64,000 nt of DNA from the human T2T-CHM13v2.0 reference genome, Homo sapiens. The first letter of the stretch is position 1. Each line of letters starts with the position of its first letter. Positions 1 to 12,400 of this stretch are shown one piece after another. Location: the NCBI RefSeq assembly GCF_009914755.1, contig NC_060942.1. One strand, 5' to 3'. Position numbers and translations under genes: made by a program. The notes under the pieces are model-generated. The model saw only the letters and a list, made by a program, of their open reading frames with translations, was not told the origin of the DNA and did no database searches.

Positions 1-1586
1 TTTGAAATGCTCTTTTTGTGGAATCTGCAAGTGGATATTTGGCTAGTTTTGAGGATTTCGCTGGAAGCGGGAATTCATACAAATTGCAGACTGCAGCGTT
101 CTGAGAAACATCTTTGTGATGTTTGTATTCAGGACAGAGAGTTGAACATTCCCTATCATAGAGCAGGTTGGAATCACTCCTTTTGTAGTATCTGGAAGTG
201 GACATTTGGAGCGCTTTCAGGCCTATGTTGAAAAAGGAAATATCTTCCCATAACAACTAGACACAAGCATTCTCAGAAACTTGTTTGTGATGTGTGCCCT
301 CTAGTGACAGAGTTGAACCTTTCTTTTCATAGAGCAGTTTTGAAACACTCTTTTTGTAGAATCTGCAAGAGGATATTTGCATAGCTTGGAGGATTTCGTG
401 GGAAACGGGATTGTCTTCAGGTAAAATCTAGACAGAAGCATTCTCAGAAACTTCTTTGGGATGTTTGCATTCAAGTCACAGAGTAGAACATTCCCTTTGG
501 TAGAGCAGGTTTGAAACACTCTTTTTGTAGTATCTGGAAGTGGACATTTGGAGCGCTTTCAGGCCTATGTTGGAAAGGGAAATATCTTCCCGTAACAACT
601 AGGCAGAAGCATTCTCAGAAACTTATTTGAGATGTGTGTACTCAACTAAGAGAATTGAACCACCGTTTTGAAGGAGCAGTTTTGAAACACTCTTTTTCTG
701 GAATCTGCAAGAGGATATTTGCCTAGCCTTGAGGATTTAGTTGGAAACGGGATTGTCTTCAGATCAAATCTAGACAGAAGCATTCTCAGAAACTTCTTTG
801 GGATGTTTGCATTCAAGTCACAGAGTAGAACATTCCCTTTGGTAGAGCAGGTTTGAAACACTCTTTTTGTAGTATCTGGAAGTGGACATTTGGAGCGCTT
901 TCAGGCCTATGTTGGAAAGGGAAATATCTTCCCGTAACAACTAGGCAGAAGCATTCTCAGAAACTTATTTGAGATGTGTGTACTCAACTAAGAGAATTGA
1001 ACCACCGTTTTGAAGGAGCAGTTTTGAAACACTCTTTTTCTGGAATCTGCAAGAGGATATTTGCCTAGCCTTGAGGATTTCGTTGGAAACGGGATTGTCT
1101 TCAGATCAAATCTAGACAGAAGCATTCTCAGAAACTTCTTTGGGATGTTTGCATTCAAGTCACAGAGTAGAACATTCCCTTTGGTAGAGCAGGTTTGAAA
1201 CACTCTTTTTTTAGTATATGGAAGTGGACATTTGGAGCGCTTTCAGGCCTACGTTGGAAAAGGAAATATCTTCCCATAACAACTAGACAGAAGCATTCTC
1301 AGAAACTAGTTTCTGATGTGTGTCCTCAACTAACACAGTTGAACATTTCTTTAGACAGAACAGTTTTGAAACACTCTTTTTGTGGAATCTGCAAGTGGCT
1401 ATTTGGCTAGATTTGAGGATTTCGTTGGAAACGGGATTACATATAAAAAGCAGACAGCAGCATTCTCAGAAAGTTCTTTGTGATGATTGCATTCAAGTCA
1501 CAGAATTGAACATTCCCTTTCACAGAGCAGGTTTGAAACACTCTTTTTGTAGTGTGTGTAAGTGGACATTTGGAGCACTTTCCGGC

Positions 1587-1603
1587 CTAAGGTGAAAAAG
1601 GAA
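1587..1603 (-). promoter_or_regulatory. pJalpha-like (A-box) site in a CENP-B-box-less monomer (representative)
   Basis: The reverse complement of CTAAGGTGAAAAAGGAA is TTCCTTTTTCACCTTAG, one mismatch from the pJalpha motif as I recall it (TTCCTTTTYCACCRTAG). It occupies the position equivalent to the CENP-B box in the alternate monomers. Confidence 0.65.
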
Positions 1604-1757
1604 ATATCTTCCCATAAAAACTAGACAGAAGCACTCTCAGAAACTTACTCGTGATGTGTGTCCTCAACTAAAGGAGTAGAACCTTTCTTTTCATAGAGAA
1701 GTTTTGAAACGCTCTTTTTGTGGAATCTGCAAGTGGATATTTGGCTAGTTTTGAGGA

Positions 1758-1774
1758 TTTCGTTGGAAGCGGGA
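1758..1774 (+). promoter_or_regulatory. CENP-B box (representative; six per 12-mer HOR, about 189 box positions in the window)
   Basis: TTTCGTTGGAAGCGGGA matches the NTTCGNNNNANNCGGGN core. The other per-HOR versions are TTTCGTGGGAAACGGGA, TTTCGTTGGAAACGGGA and TTTCGCTGGAAGCGGGA. Boxes are spaced about 340 bp apart, in alternate monomers. Confidence 0.95.
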
Positions 1775-2306
1775 ATTCATACAAATTGCAGACTGCAGCG
1801 TTCTGAGAAACATCTTTGTGATGTTTGTATTCAGGACACAGAGTTGAACATTCCCTATCATAGAGCAGGTTTGAATCACTCCTTTTGTAGTATCTGGAAG
1901 TGGACATTTGGAGCGCTTTCAGGCCTATGATGGAAAAGGAAATATCTTCCCATAACAACTAGACAGAAGCATTCTCAGAAACTTATTTGAGATGTGTGTA
2001 CTCAACTAAGAGAATTGAACCACCGTTTTGAAGGAGCAGTTTTGAAACACTCTTTTTCTGGAATCTGCAAGTGGATATTTGGCTAGCTTTGGGGATTTCG
2101 CTGGAAGCGGGAATACATATAAAAAGCACACAGCAGCGTTCTGAGAAACTGCTTTCTGATGTTTGCATTCAAGTCAAAAGTTGAACACTCCCTTTCATAG
2201 TGCAGTCCTGAAACACTCCTTTTGTAGTATCTGGAACTGGACTTTTGGAGCGCTTTCAGGGCTAAGGTGAAAAAGGAAATATCTTCCCATAAAAACTGGA
2301 CAGAAG

Positions 2307-5300
2307 CATTCTCAGAAACTTGTTTATGCTGTATCTACTCAACTAACAAAGTTGAACCTTTCTTTTGATAGAGCAGTTTTGAAATGCTCTTTTTGTGGAA
2401 TCTGCAAGTGGATATTTGGCTAGTTTTGAGGATTTCGTTGGAAGCGGGAATTCATACAAATTGCAGACTGCAGCGTTCTGAGAAACATCTTTGTGATGTT
2501 TGTATTCAGGACAGAGAGTTGAACATTCCCTATCATAGAGCAGGTTGGAATCACTCCTTTTGTAGTATCTGGAAGTGGACATTTGGAGCGCTTTCAGGCC
2601 TATGTTGAAAAAGGAAATATCTTCCCATAACAACTAGACACAAGCATTCTCAGAAACTTGTTTGTGATGTGTGCCCTCTACTGACAGAGTTGAACCTTTC
2701 TTTTCATAGAGCAGTTTTGAAACACTCTTTTTGTAGAATCTGCAAGAGGATATTTGCATAGCTTTGAGGATTTCGTGGGAAACGGGATTGTCTTCAGGTA
2801 AAATCTAGACAGAAGCATTCTCAGAAACTTCTTTGGGATGTTTGCATTCAAGTCACAGAGTAGAACATTCCCTTTGGTAGAGCAGGTTTGAAACACTCTT
2901 TTTATAGTATCTGGAAGTGGACATTTGGAGCGCTTTCAGGCCTATGTTGGAAAGGGAAATATCTTCCCGTAACAACTAGGCAGAAGCATTCTCAGAAACT
3001 TATTTGAGATGTGTGTACTCAACTAAGAGAATTGAACCACCGTTTTGAAGGAGCAGTTTTGAAACACTCTTTTTCTGGAATCTGCAAGAGGATATTTGCC
3101 TAGCTTTGAGGATTTCGTTGGAAACGGGATTGTCTTCAGATCAAATCTAGACAGAAGCATTCTCAGAAACTTCTTTGGGATGTTTGCATTCAAGTCACAG
3201 AGTAGAACATTCCCTTTGGTAGAGCAGGTTTGAAACACTCTTTTTTTAGTATATGGAAGTGGACATTTGGAGCGCTTTCAGGCCTACGTTGGAAAAGGAA
3301 ATATCTTCCCATAACAATTAGACAGAAGCATTCTCAGAAACTAGTTTCTGATGTGTGTCCTCAACTAACACAGTTGAACATTTCTTTAGACAGAACAGTT
3401 TTGAAACTCTCTTTTTGTGGAATCTGCAAGTGGCTATTTGGCTAGATTTGAGGATTTCGTTGGAAACGGGATTACATATAAAAAGCAGACAGCAGCATTC
3501 TCAGAACGTTCTTTGTGATGATTGCATTCAAGTCACAGAATTGAACATTCCCTTTCACAGAGCAGGTTTGAAACACTCTTTTTGTAGTGTGTGTAAGTGG
3601 ACATTTGGAGCACTTTCCGGCCTAAGGTGAAAAAGGAAATATCTTCCCATAAAAACTAGACAGAAGCATTCTCAGAAACTTACTCGTGATGTGTGTCCTC
3701 AACTAAAGGAGTAGAACCTTTCTTTTCATAGAGAAGTTTTGAAACGCTCTTTTTGTGGAATCTGCAAGTGGATATTTGGCTAGTTTGGAGGATTTCGTTG
3801 GAAGCGGGAATTCATACAAATTGCAGACTGCAGCTTTCTGAGAAACATCTTTGTGATGTTTGTATTCAGGACACAGAGTTGAACATTCCCTATCATAGAG
3901 CAGGTTTGAATCACTCCTTTTGTAGTATCTGGAAGTGGACATTTGGAGCGCTTTCAAGCCTATGTTGGAAAAGGAAATATCTTCCCATAACAACTAGACA
4001 GAAGCATTCTCAGAAACTTATTTGAGATGTGTGTACTCAACTAAGAGAATTGAACCACCGTTTTGAAGGAGCAGTTTTGAAACACTCTTTTTCTGGAATC
4101 TGCAAGTGGATATTTGGCTAGCTTTGGGGATTTCGCTGGAAGCGGGAATACATATAAAAAGCCCACAGCAGCGTTCTGAGAAACTGCTTTCTGATGTTTG
4201 CATTCAAGTCAAAAGTTGAACACTCCCTTTCATAGTGCAGTCCTGAAACACTCCTTTTGTAGTATCTGGAACTGGACTTTTGGAGCGCTTTCAGGGCTAA
4301 GGTGAAAAAGGAAATATCTTCCCATAAAAACTGGACAGAAGCATTCTCAGAAACTTGTTTATGCTGTATCTACTCAACTAACAAAGTTGAACCTTTCTTT
4401 TGATAGAGCAGTTTTGAAATGCTCTTTTTGTGGAATCTGCAAGTGGATATTTGGCTAGTTTTGAGGATTTCGTTGGAAGCGGGAATTCATACAAATTGCA
4501 GACTGCAGCGTTCTGAGAAACATCTTTGTGATGTTTGTATTCAGGACAGAGAGTTGAACATTCCCTATCATAGAGCAGGTTGGAATCACTCCTTTTGTAG
4601 TATCTGGAAGTGGACATTTGGAGCGCTTTCAGGCCTATGTTGAAAAAGGAAATATCTTCCCATAACAACTAGACACAAGCATTCTCAGAAACTTGTTTGT
4701 GATGTGTGCCCTCTAGTGACAGAGTTGAACCTTTCTTTTCATAGAGCAGTTTTGAAACACTCTTTTTGTAGAATCTGCAAGAGGATATTTGCATAGCTTT
4801 GAGGATTTCGTGGGAAACGGGATTGTCTTCAGGTAAAATCTAGACAGAAGCATTCTCAGAAACTTCTTTGGGATGTTTGCATTCAAGTCACAGAGTAGAA
4901 CATTCCCTTTGCTAGAGCAGGTTTGAAACACTCTTTTTGTAGTATCTGGAAGTGGACATTTGGAGCGCTTTCAGGCCTATGTTGGAAAGGGAAATATCTT
5001 CCCGTAACAACTAGGCAGAAGCATTCTCAGAAACTTATTTGAGATGTGTGTACTCAACTAAGAGAATTGAACCACCGTTTTGAAGGAGCAGTTTTGAAAC
5101 ACTCTTTTTCTGGAATCTGCAAGAGGATATTTGCCTAGCCTTGAGGATTTCGTTGGAAACGGGATTGTCTTCAGATCAAATCTAGACAGAAGCATTCTCA
5201 GAAACTTCTTTGGGATGTTTGCATTCAAGTCACAGAGTAGAACATTCCCTTTGGTAGAGCAGGTTTGAAACACTCTTTTTTTAGTATATGGAAGTGGACA

Positions 5301-6376
5301 TTTGGAGCGCTTTCAGGCCTACGTTGGAAAAGGAAATATCTTCCCATAACAACTAGACAGAAGCATTCTCAGAAACTAGTTTCTGATGTGTGTCCTCAAC
5401 TAACACAGTTGAACATTTCTTTAGACAGAACAGTTTTGAAACTCTCTTTTTGTGGAATCTGCAAGTGGCTATTTGGCTAGATTTGAGGATTTCGTTGGAA
5501 ACGGGATTACATATAAAAAGCAGACAGCAGCATTCTCAGAAAGTTCTTTGTGATGATTGCATTCAAGTCACAGAATTGAACATTCCCTTTCACAGAGCAG
5601 GTTTGAAACACTCTTTTTATAGTGTGTGTAAGTGGACATTTGGAGCACTTTCCGGCCTAAGGTGAAAAAGGAAATATCTTCCCATAAAAACTAGACAGAA
5701 GCATTCTCAGAAACTTACTCGTGATGTGTGTCCTCAACTAAAGGAGTAGAACCTTTGTTTTCATAGAGAAGTTTTGAAACGCTCTTTTTGTGGAATCTGC
5801 AAGTGGATATTTGGCTAATTTTGAGGATTTTGTTGGAAGCGGGAATTCATACAAATTGCAGACTGCAGCGTTCTGAGAAACATCTTTGTGATGTTTGTAT
5901 TCAGGACACAGAGATGAACATTCCCTATCATAGAGCAGGTTTGAATCACTCCTTTTGTAGTATCTGGAAGTGGACATTTGGAGCGCTTTCAGGCCTATGT
6001 TGGAAAAGGAAATATCTTCCCATAACAACTAGACAGAAGCATTCTCAGAAACTTATTTGAGATGTGTGTACTCAACTAAGAGAATTGAACCACCGTTTTG
6101 AAGGAGCAGTTTTGAAACACTCTTTTTCTGGAATCTGCAAGTGGATATTTGGCTAGCTTTGGGGATTTCGCTGGAAGCGGGAATACATATAAAAAGCACA
6201 CAGCAGCGTTCTGAGAAACTGCTTTCTGATGTTTGCATTCAAGTCAAAAGTTGAACACTCCCTTTCATAGAGCAGTCCTGAAACACTCCTTTTGTAGTAT
6301 CTGGAACTGGACTTTTGGAGCGCTTTCAGGGCTAAGGTGAAAAAGGAAATATCTTCCCATAAAAACTGGACAGAAG
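2307..6376 (+). repeat. Two canonical-length 12-mer HORs of the more divergent left-hand haplotype
   Basis: Units start at 2307, 4342 and 6377 (2035-bp spacing) and carry several private SNVs. Confidence 0.92.
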
Positions 6377-9300
6377 CATTCTCAGAAACTTGTTTATGCT
6401 GTATCTACTCAACTAACAAAGTTGAACCTTTCTTTTGATAGAGCAGTTTTGAAATGCTCTTTTTGTGGAATCTGCAAGTGGATATTTGGCTAGTTTTGAG
6501 GATTTCGTTGGAAGCGGGAATTCATACAAATTGCAGACTGCAGCGTTCTGAGAAACATCTTTGTGATGTTTGTATTCAGGACAGAGAGTTGAACATTCCC
6601 TATCATAGAGCAGGTTGGAATCACTCCTTTTGTAGTATCTGGAAGTGGACATTTGGAGCGCTTTCAGGCCTATGTTGAAAAAGGAAATATCTTCCCATAA
6701 CAACTAGACACAAGCATTCTCAGAAACTTGTTTGTGATGTGTGCCCTCTACTGACAGAGTTGAACCTTTCTTTTCATAGAGCAGTTTTGAAACACTCTTT
6801 TTGTAGAATCTGCAAGAGGATATTTGCATAGCTTTGAGGATTACGTGGGAAACGGGATAGTCTTCAGGTAAAATCTAGACAGAAGCATTCTCAGAAACTT
6901 CTTTGGGATGTTTGCATTCAAGTCACAGAGTAGAACATTCCCTTTGGTAGAGTAGGTTTGAAACACTCTTTTTGTAGTATCTGGAAGTGGACATTTGGAG
7001 CGCTTTCAGGCCTATGTTGGAAAGGGAAATATCTTCCCGTAACAACTAGGCAGAAGCATTCTCAGAAACTTATTTGAGATGTGTGTATTCAACTAAGAGA
7101 ATTGAACCACCGTTTTGAAGGAGCAGTTTTGAAACACTCTTTTTCTGGAATCTGAAAGAGGATATTTGCCTAGCCTTGAGGATTTCGTTGGAAACGGGAT
7201 TGTCTTCAGATCAAATCTATACAGAAGCATTCTCAGAAACTTCTTTGGGATGTTTGCATTCAAGTCACAGAGTAGAACATTCCCTTTGGTAGAGCAGGTT
7301 TGAAACACTCTTTTTTTAGTATATGGAAGTGGACATTTGGAGCGCATTCAGGCCTACGTTGGAAAAGGAAATATCTTCCCATAACAACTAGACAGAAGCA
7401 TTCTCAGAAACTAGTTTCTGATGTGTGTCCTCAACTAACACAGTTGCACATTTCTTTAGACAGAACAGTTTTGAAACACTCTTTTTGTGGAATCTGCAAG
7501 TGGCTATTTGGCTAGATTTGAGGATTTCGTTGGAAACGGGATTACATATAAAAAGCAGTCAGCAGCATTCTCAGAAAGTTCTTTGTGATGATTGCATTCA
7601 AGTCACAGAATTGAACATTCCCTTTCACAGAGCAGGTTTGAAATACTCTTTTTTAGTGTGTGTAATTGGACATTTGGAGCACTTTCCGGCCTAAGGTGAA
7701 AAAGGAAATATCTTCCCATAAAAACTAGACAGAAGCATTCTCAGAAACTTACTCGTGATGTGTGTCCTCCACTAAATGAGTAGAACCTTTCTTTTCATAG
7801 AGAAGTTTTGAAACGCTCTTTTTGTAGAATCTGCAAGAGGATATTTGCATAGCTTTGAGGATTTCGTGGAAACGGGATTGTCTTCAGGTAAAATCTAGAC
7901 AGAAGCATTCGGAGAAACTTCTTTGGGATGTTTGCATTCAAGTCACAGAGTAGAACATTCCCTTTGGTAGAGCAGGTTTGAAACACTCTTTTTGTATTAT
8001 CTGGAAGTGGACATTTGGAGCGCTTTCAGGCCTATGTTGGAAAGGGAAATATCTTCCCGTAACAACTAGGCAGAAGCATTCTCAGAAACTTATTTGAGAT
8101 GTGTGTACTCAACTAAGAGAATTGAATCACCGTTTTGAAGGAGCAGTTTTGAAACACTCTTTTTCTGGAATCTGCAAGAGGATATTTGCCTAGCCTTGAG
8201 GATTTCGTTGGAAACGGGATTGTCTTTAGATCAAATCTAGACAGAAGCATTCTCAGAAACTTCTTTGGGATGTTTGCATTCAAGTCACAGAGTAGAACAT
8301 TCCCTTTGGTAGAGCAGGTTTGAAACACTCTTTTTTTAGTATATGGAAGTGCACATTTGGAGCGCTTTCAGGCCTACGTTGGAAAAGGAAATATCTTCCC
8401 ATAACAACTAGACAGAAGCATTCTCAGAAACTAGTTTCTGATGTGTTTCCTCAACTAACACAGTTGAACATTTCTTTAGACAGAACAGTTTTGAAACACT
8501 CTTTTTGTGGAATCTGCAAGTGGCTATTTGGCTAGATTTGAGGATTTAGTTGGAAACGGGATTACATATAAAAAGCAGACAGCAGCATTCTCAGAAAGTT
8601 CTTTGTGATGATTGCATTCAAGTCACAGAATTGAACATTCCCTTTCACAGAGCAGGTTTGAAACACTCTTTTTGTAGTGTGTGTAAGTGGACATTTGGAG
8701 CACTTTCCGGCCTAAGGTGAAGAAGGGAATATCTTCCCATAAAAACTAGACAGAAGCATTCTCAGAAACTTACTCGTGATGTGTGTCCTCAACTAAAGGA
8801 GTAGAACCTTTCTATTCATAGAGAAGTTTTGAAACGCTCTTTTTGTGGAATCTGCAAGTGGATATTTGGCTAGTTTGGAGGATTTCGTTGGAAGCGGGAA
8901 TTCATACAAATTGCAGACTGCAGCGTTCTGAGAAACATCTTTGTGATGTTTGTATTCAGGACACTGAGTTGAACATTCCCTATCATAGAGCAGGTTGGAA
9001 TCACTCCTTTTGTAGTATCTGGAAGTGGACATTTGGAGCGCTTTCAGGCCTATGTTGGAAAAGGAAATATCTTCCCATAACAACTAGACAGAAGCATTCT
9101 CAGAAACTTATTTGAGATGTGTGTACTCAACTAAGAGAATTGAACCACCGTTTTGAAGGAGCAGTTTTGAAACACTCTTTTTCTGGAATCTGCAAGTGGA
9201 TATTTGGCTAGCTTTGGGGATTTCGCTGGAAGCGGGAATACATATAAAAAGCACACAGCAGCGTTCTGAGAAACTGCTTTCTGATGTTTGCATTCAAGTC

Positions 9301-9431
9301 AAAAGTTGAACACTCCCTTTCATAGAGCAGTCCTGAAACACTCCTTTTGTAGTATCTGGAACTGGACTTTTGGAGCGCTTTCAGGGCTAAGGTGAAAAAG
9401 GAAATATCTTCCCATAAAAACTGGACAGAAG
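6377..9431 (+). repeat. Variant 18-mer HOR (3055 bp) with a six-monomer internal duplication and a hybrid monomer
   Basis: Landmarks 6454 and 9509 are 3055 bp apart (2035+1022-2 for two 1-bp deletions). The hybrid junction lies at about 7816-7825. Confidence 0.92.
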
Positions 9432-12400
9432 CATTCTCAGAAACTTGTTTATGCTGTATCTACTCAACTAACAAAGTTGAACCTTTCTTTTGATAGAGCA
9501 GTTTTGAAATGCTCTTTTTGTGGAATCTGCAAGTGGATATTTGGCTAGTTTTGAGGATTTCGTTGGAAGCGGGAATTCATACAAATTGCAGACTGCAGCG
9601 TTCTGAGAAACATCTTTGTGATGTTTGTATTCAGGACAGAGAGTTGAACATTCCCTATCATAGAGCAGGTTGGAATCACTCCTTTTGTAGTATCTGGAAG
9701 TGGACATTTGGAGCGCTTTCAGGCCTATGTTGAAAAAGGAAATATCTTCCCATAACAACTAGACACAAGCATTCTCAGAAACTTGTTTGTGATGTGTGCC
9801 CTCTACTGACAGAGTTGAACCTTTCTTTTCATAGAGCAGTTTTGAAACACTCTTTTTGTAGAATCTGCAAGAGGATATTTGCATAGCTTTGAGGATTTCG
9901 TGGGAAACGGGATTGTCTTCAGGTAAAATCTAGACAGAAGCATTCTCAGAAACTTCTTTGGGATGTTTGCATTCAAGTCACAGAGCAGAACATTCCCTTT
10001 GGTAGAGCAGGTTTGAAACACTCTTTTTGTAGTATCTGGAAGTGGACATTTGGAGCGCTTTCAGGCCTATGTTGGAAAGGGAAATATCTTCCCGTAACAA
10101 CTAGGCAGAAGCATTCTCAGAAACTTATTTGAGATGTGTGTACTCAACTAAGAGAATTGAACCACCGTTTTGAAGGAGCAGTTTTGAAACACTCTTTTTC
10201 TGGAATCTGCAAGAGGATATTTGCCTAGCCTTGAGGATTTCGTTGGAAACGGGATTGTCTTCAGATCAAATCTAGACAGAAGCATTCTCAGAAACTTCTT
10301 TGGGATGTTTGCATTCATGTCACAGAGTAGAACATTCCCTTTGGTAGAGCAGGTTTGAAACACTCTTTTTTTAGTATATGGAAGTGGACATTTGGAGCGC
10401 TTTCAGGCCTACGTTGGAAAAGGAAATATCTTCCCATAACAACTAGACAGAAGCATTCTCAGAAACTAGTTTCTGATGTGTGTCCTCAACTAACACAGTT
10501 GAACATTTCTTTAGACAGAACAGTTTTGAAACACTCTTTTTGTGGAATCTGCAAGTGGCTATTTGGCTAGATTTGAGGATTTCGTTGGAAACGGGATTAC
10601 ATATAAAAAGCAGACAGCAGCATTCTCAGAAAGTTCTTTGTGATGATTGCATTCAAGTCACAGAATTGAACATTCCCTTTCACAGAGCAGGTTTGAAACA
10701 CTCTTTTTGTAGTGTGTGTAAGTGGACATTTGGAGCACTTTCCGGCCTAAGGTGAAAAAGGAAATATCTTCCCATAAAAACTAGACAGAAGCATTCTCAG
10801 AAACTTACTCGTGATGTGTGTCCTCAACTAAAGGAGTAGAACCTTTCTTTTCATAGAGAAGTTTTGAAACGCTCTTTTTGTGGAATCTGCAAGTGGATAT
10901 TTGGCTAGTTTTGAGGATTTCGTTGGAAGCGGGAATTCATACAAATTGCAGACTGCAGCGTTCTGAGAAACATCTTTGTGATGTTTGTATTCAGGACACA
11001 GAGTTGAACATTCCCTATCATAGAGCAGGTTTGAATCACTCCTTTTGTAGTATCTGGAAGTGGACATTTGGAGCGCTTTCAGGCCTATGTTGGAAAAGGA
11101 AATATCTTCCCATAACAACTAGACAGAAGCATTCTCAGAAACTTATTTGAGATGTGTGTACTCAACTAAGAGAATTGAACCACCGTTTTGAAGGAGCAGT
11201 TTTGAAACACTCTTTTTCTGGAATCTGCAAGTGGATATTTGGCTAGCTTTGGGGATTTCGCTGGAAGCGGGAATACATATAAAAAGCACACAGCAGCGTT
11301 CTGAGAAACTGCTTTCTGATGTTTGCATTCAAGTCAAAAGTTGAACACTCCCTTTCATAGAGCAGTCCTGAAACACCCCTTTTGTAGTATCTGGAACTGG
11401 ACTTTTGGAGCGCTTTCAGGGCTAAGGTGAAAAAGGAAATATCTTCCCATAAAAACTGGACAGAAGCATTCTCAGAAACTTGTTTATGCTGTATCTACTC
11501 AACTAACAAAGTTGAACCTTTCTTTTGATAGAGCAGTTTTGAAATGCTCTTTTTGTGGAATCTGCAAGTGGATATTTGGCTAGTTTTGAGGATTTCGTTG
11601 GAAGCGGGAATTCATACAAATTGCAGACTGCAGCGTTCTGAGAAACATCTTTGTGATGTTTGTATTCAGGACAGAGAGTTGAACATTCCCTATCATAGAG
11701 CAGGTTGGAATCACTCCTTTTGTAGTATCTGGAAGTGGACATTTGGAGCGCTTTCAGGCCTATGTTGAAAAAGGAAATATCTTCCCATAACAACTAGACA
11801 CAAGCATTCTCAGAAACTTGTTTGTGATGTGTGCCCTCTACTGACAGAGTTGAACCTTTCTTTTCATAGAGCAGTTTTGAAACACTCTTTTTGTAGAATC
11901 TGCAAGAGGATATTTGCATAGCTTTGAGGATTTCGTGGGAAACGGGATTGTCTTCAGGTAAAATCTAGACAGAAGCATTCTCAGAAACTTCTTTGGGATG
12001 TTTGCATTCAAGTCACAGAGCAGAACATTCCCTTTGGTAGAGCAGGTTTGAAACACTCTTTTTGTAGTATCTGGAAGTGGACATTTGGAGCGCTTTCAGG
12101 CCTATGTTGGAAAGGGAAATATCTTCCCGTAACAACTAGGCAGAAGCATTCTCAGAAACTTATTTGAGATGTGTGTACTCAACTAAGAGAATTGAACCAC
12201 CGTTTTGAAGGAGCAGTTTTGAAACACTCTTTTTCTGGAATCTGCAAGAGGATATTTGCCTAGCCTTGAGGATTTCGTTGGAAACGGGATTGTCTTCAGA
12301 TCAAATCTAGACAGAAGCATTCTCAGAAACTTCTTTGGGATGTTTGCATTCATGTCACAGAGTAGAACATTCCCTTTGGTAGAGCAGGTTTGAAACACTC

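Larger units (their letters stand above)
1..2306 (+). repeat. Variant 14-mer HOR (2377 bp, about 70 bp truncated by the window start) with an extra 342-bp dimer
   Basis: Landmark ORF starts 7 and 2384 are 2377 bp apart (2035+342). The TTATTTGAG/TTCTTTGGG dimer appears twice, at 610-951 and 952-1293. Confidence 0.93.

Noticed and set aside
1439-1450. TATA-like ATATAAAAAG next to CENP-B boxes
   Set aside because: This is an ordinary part of the monomer consensus. The sequence alone gives no evidence of promoter function.
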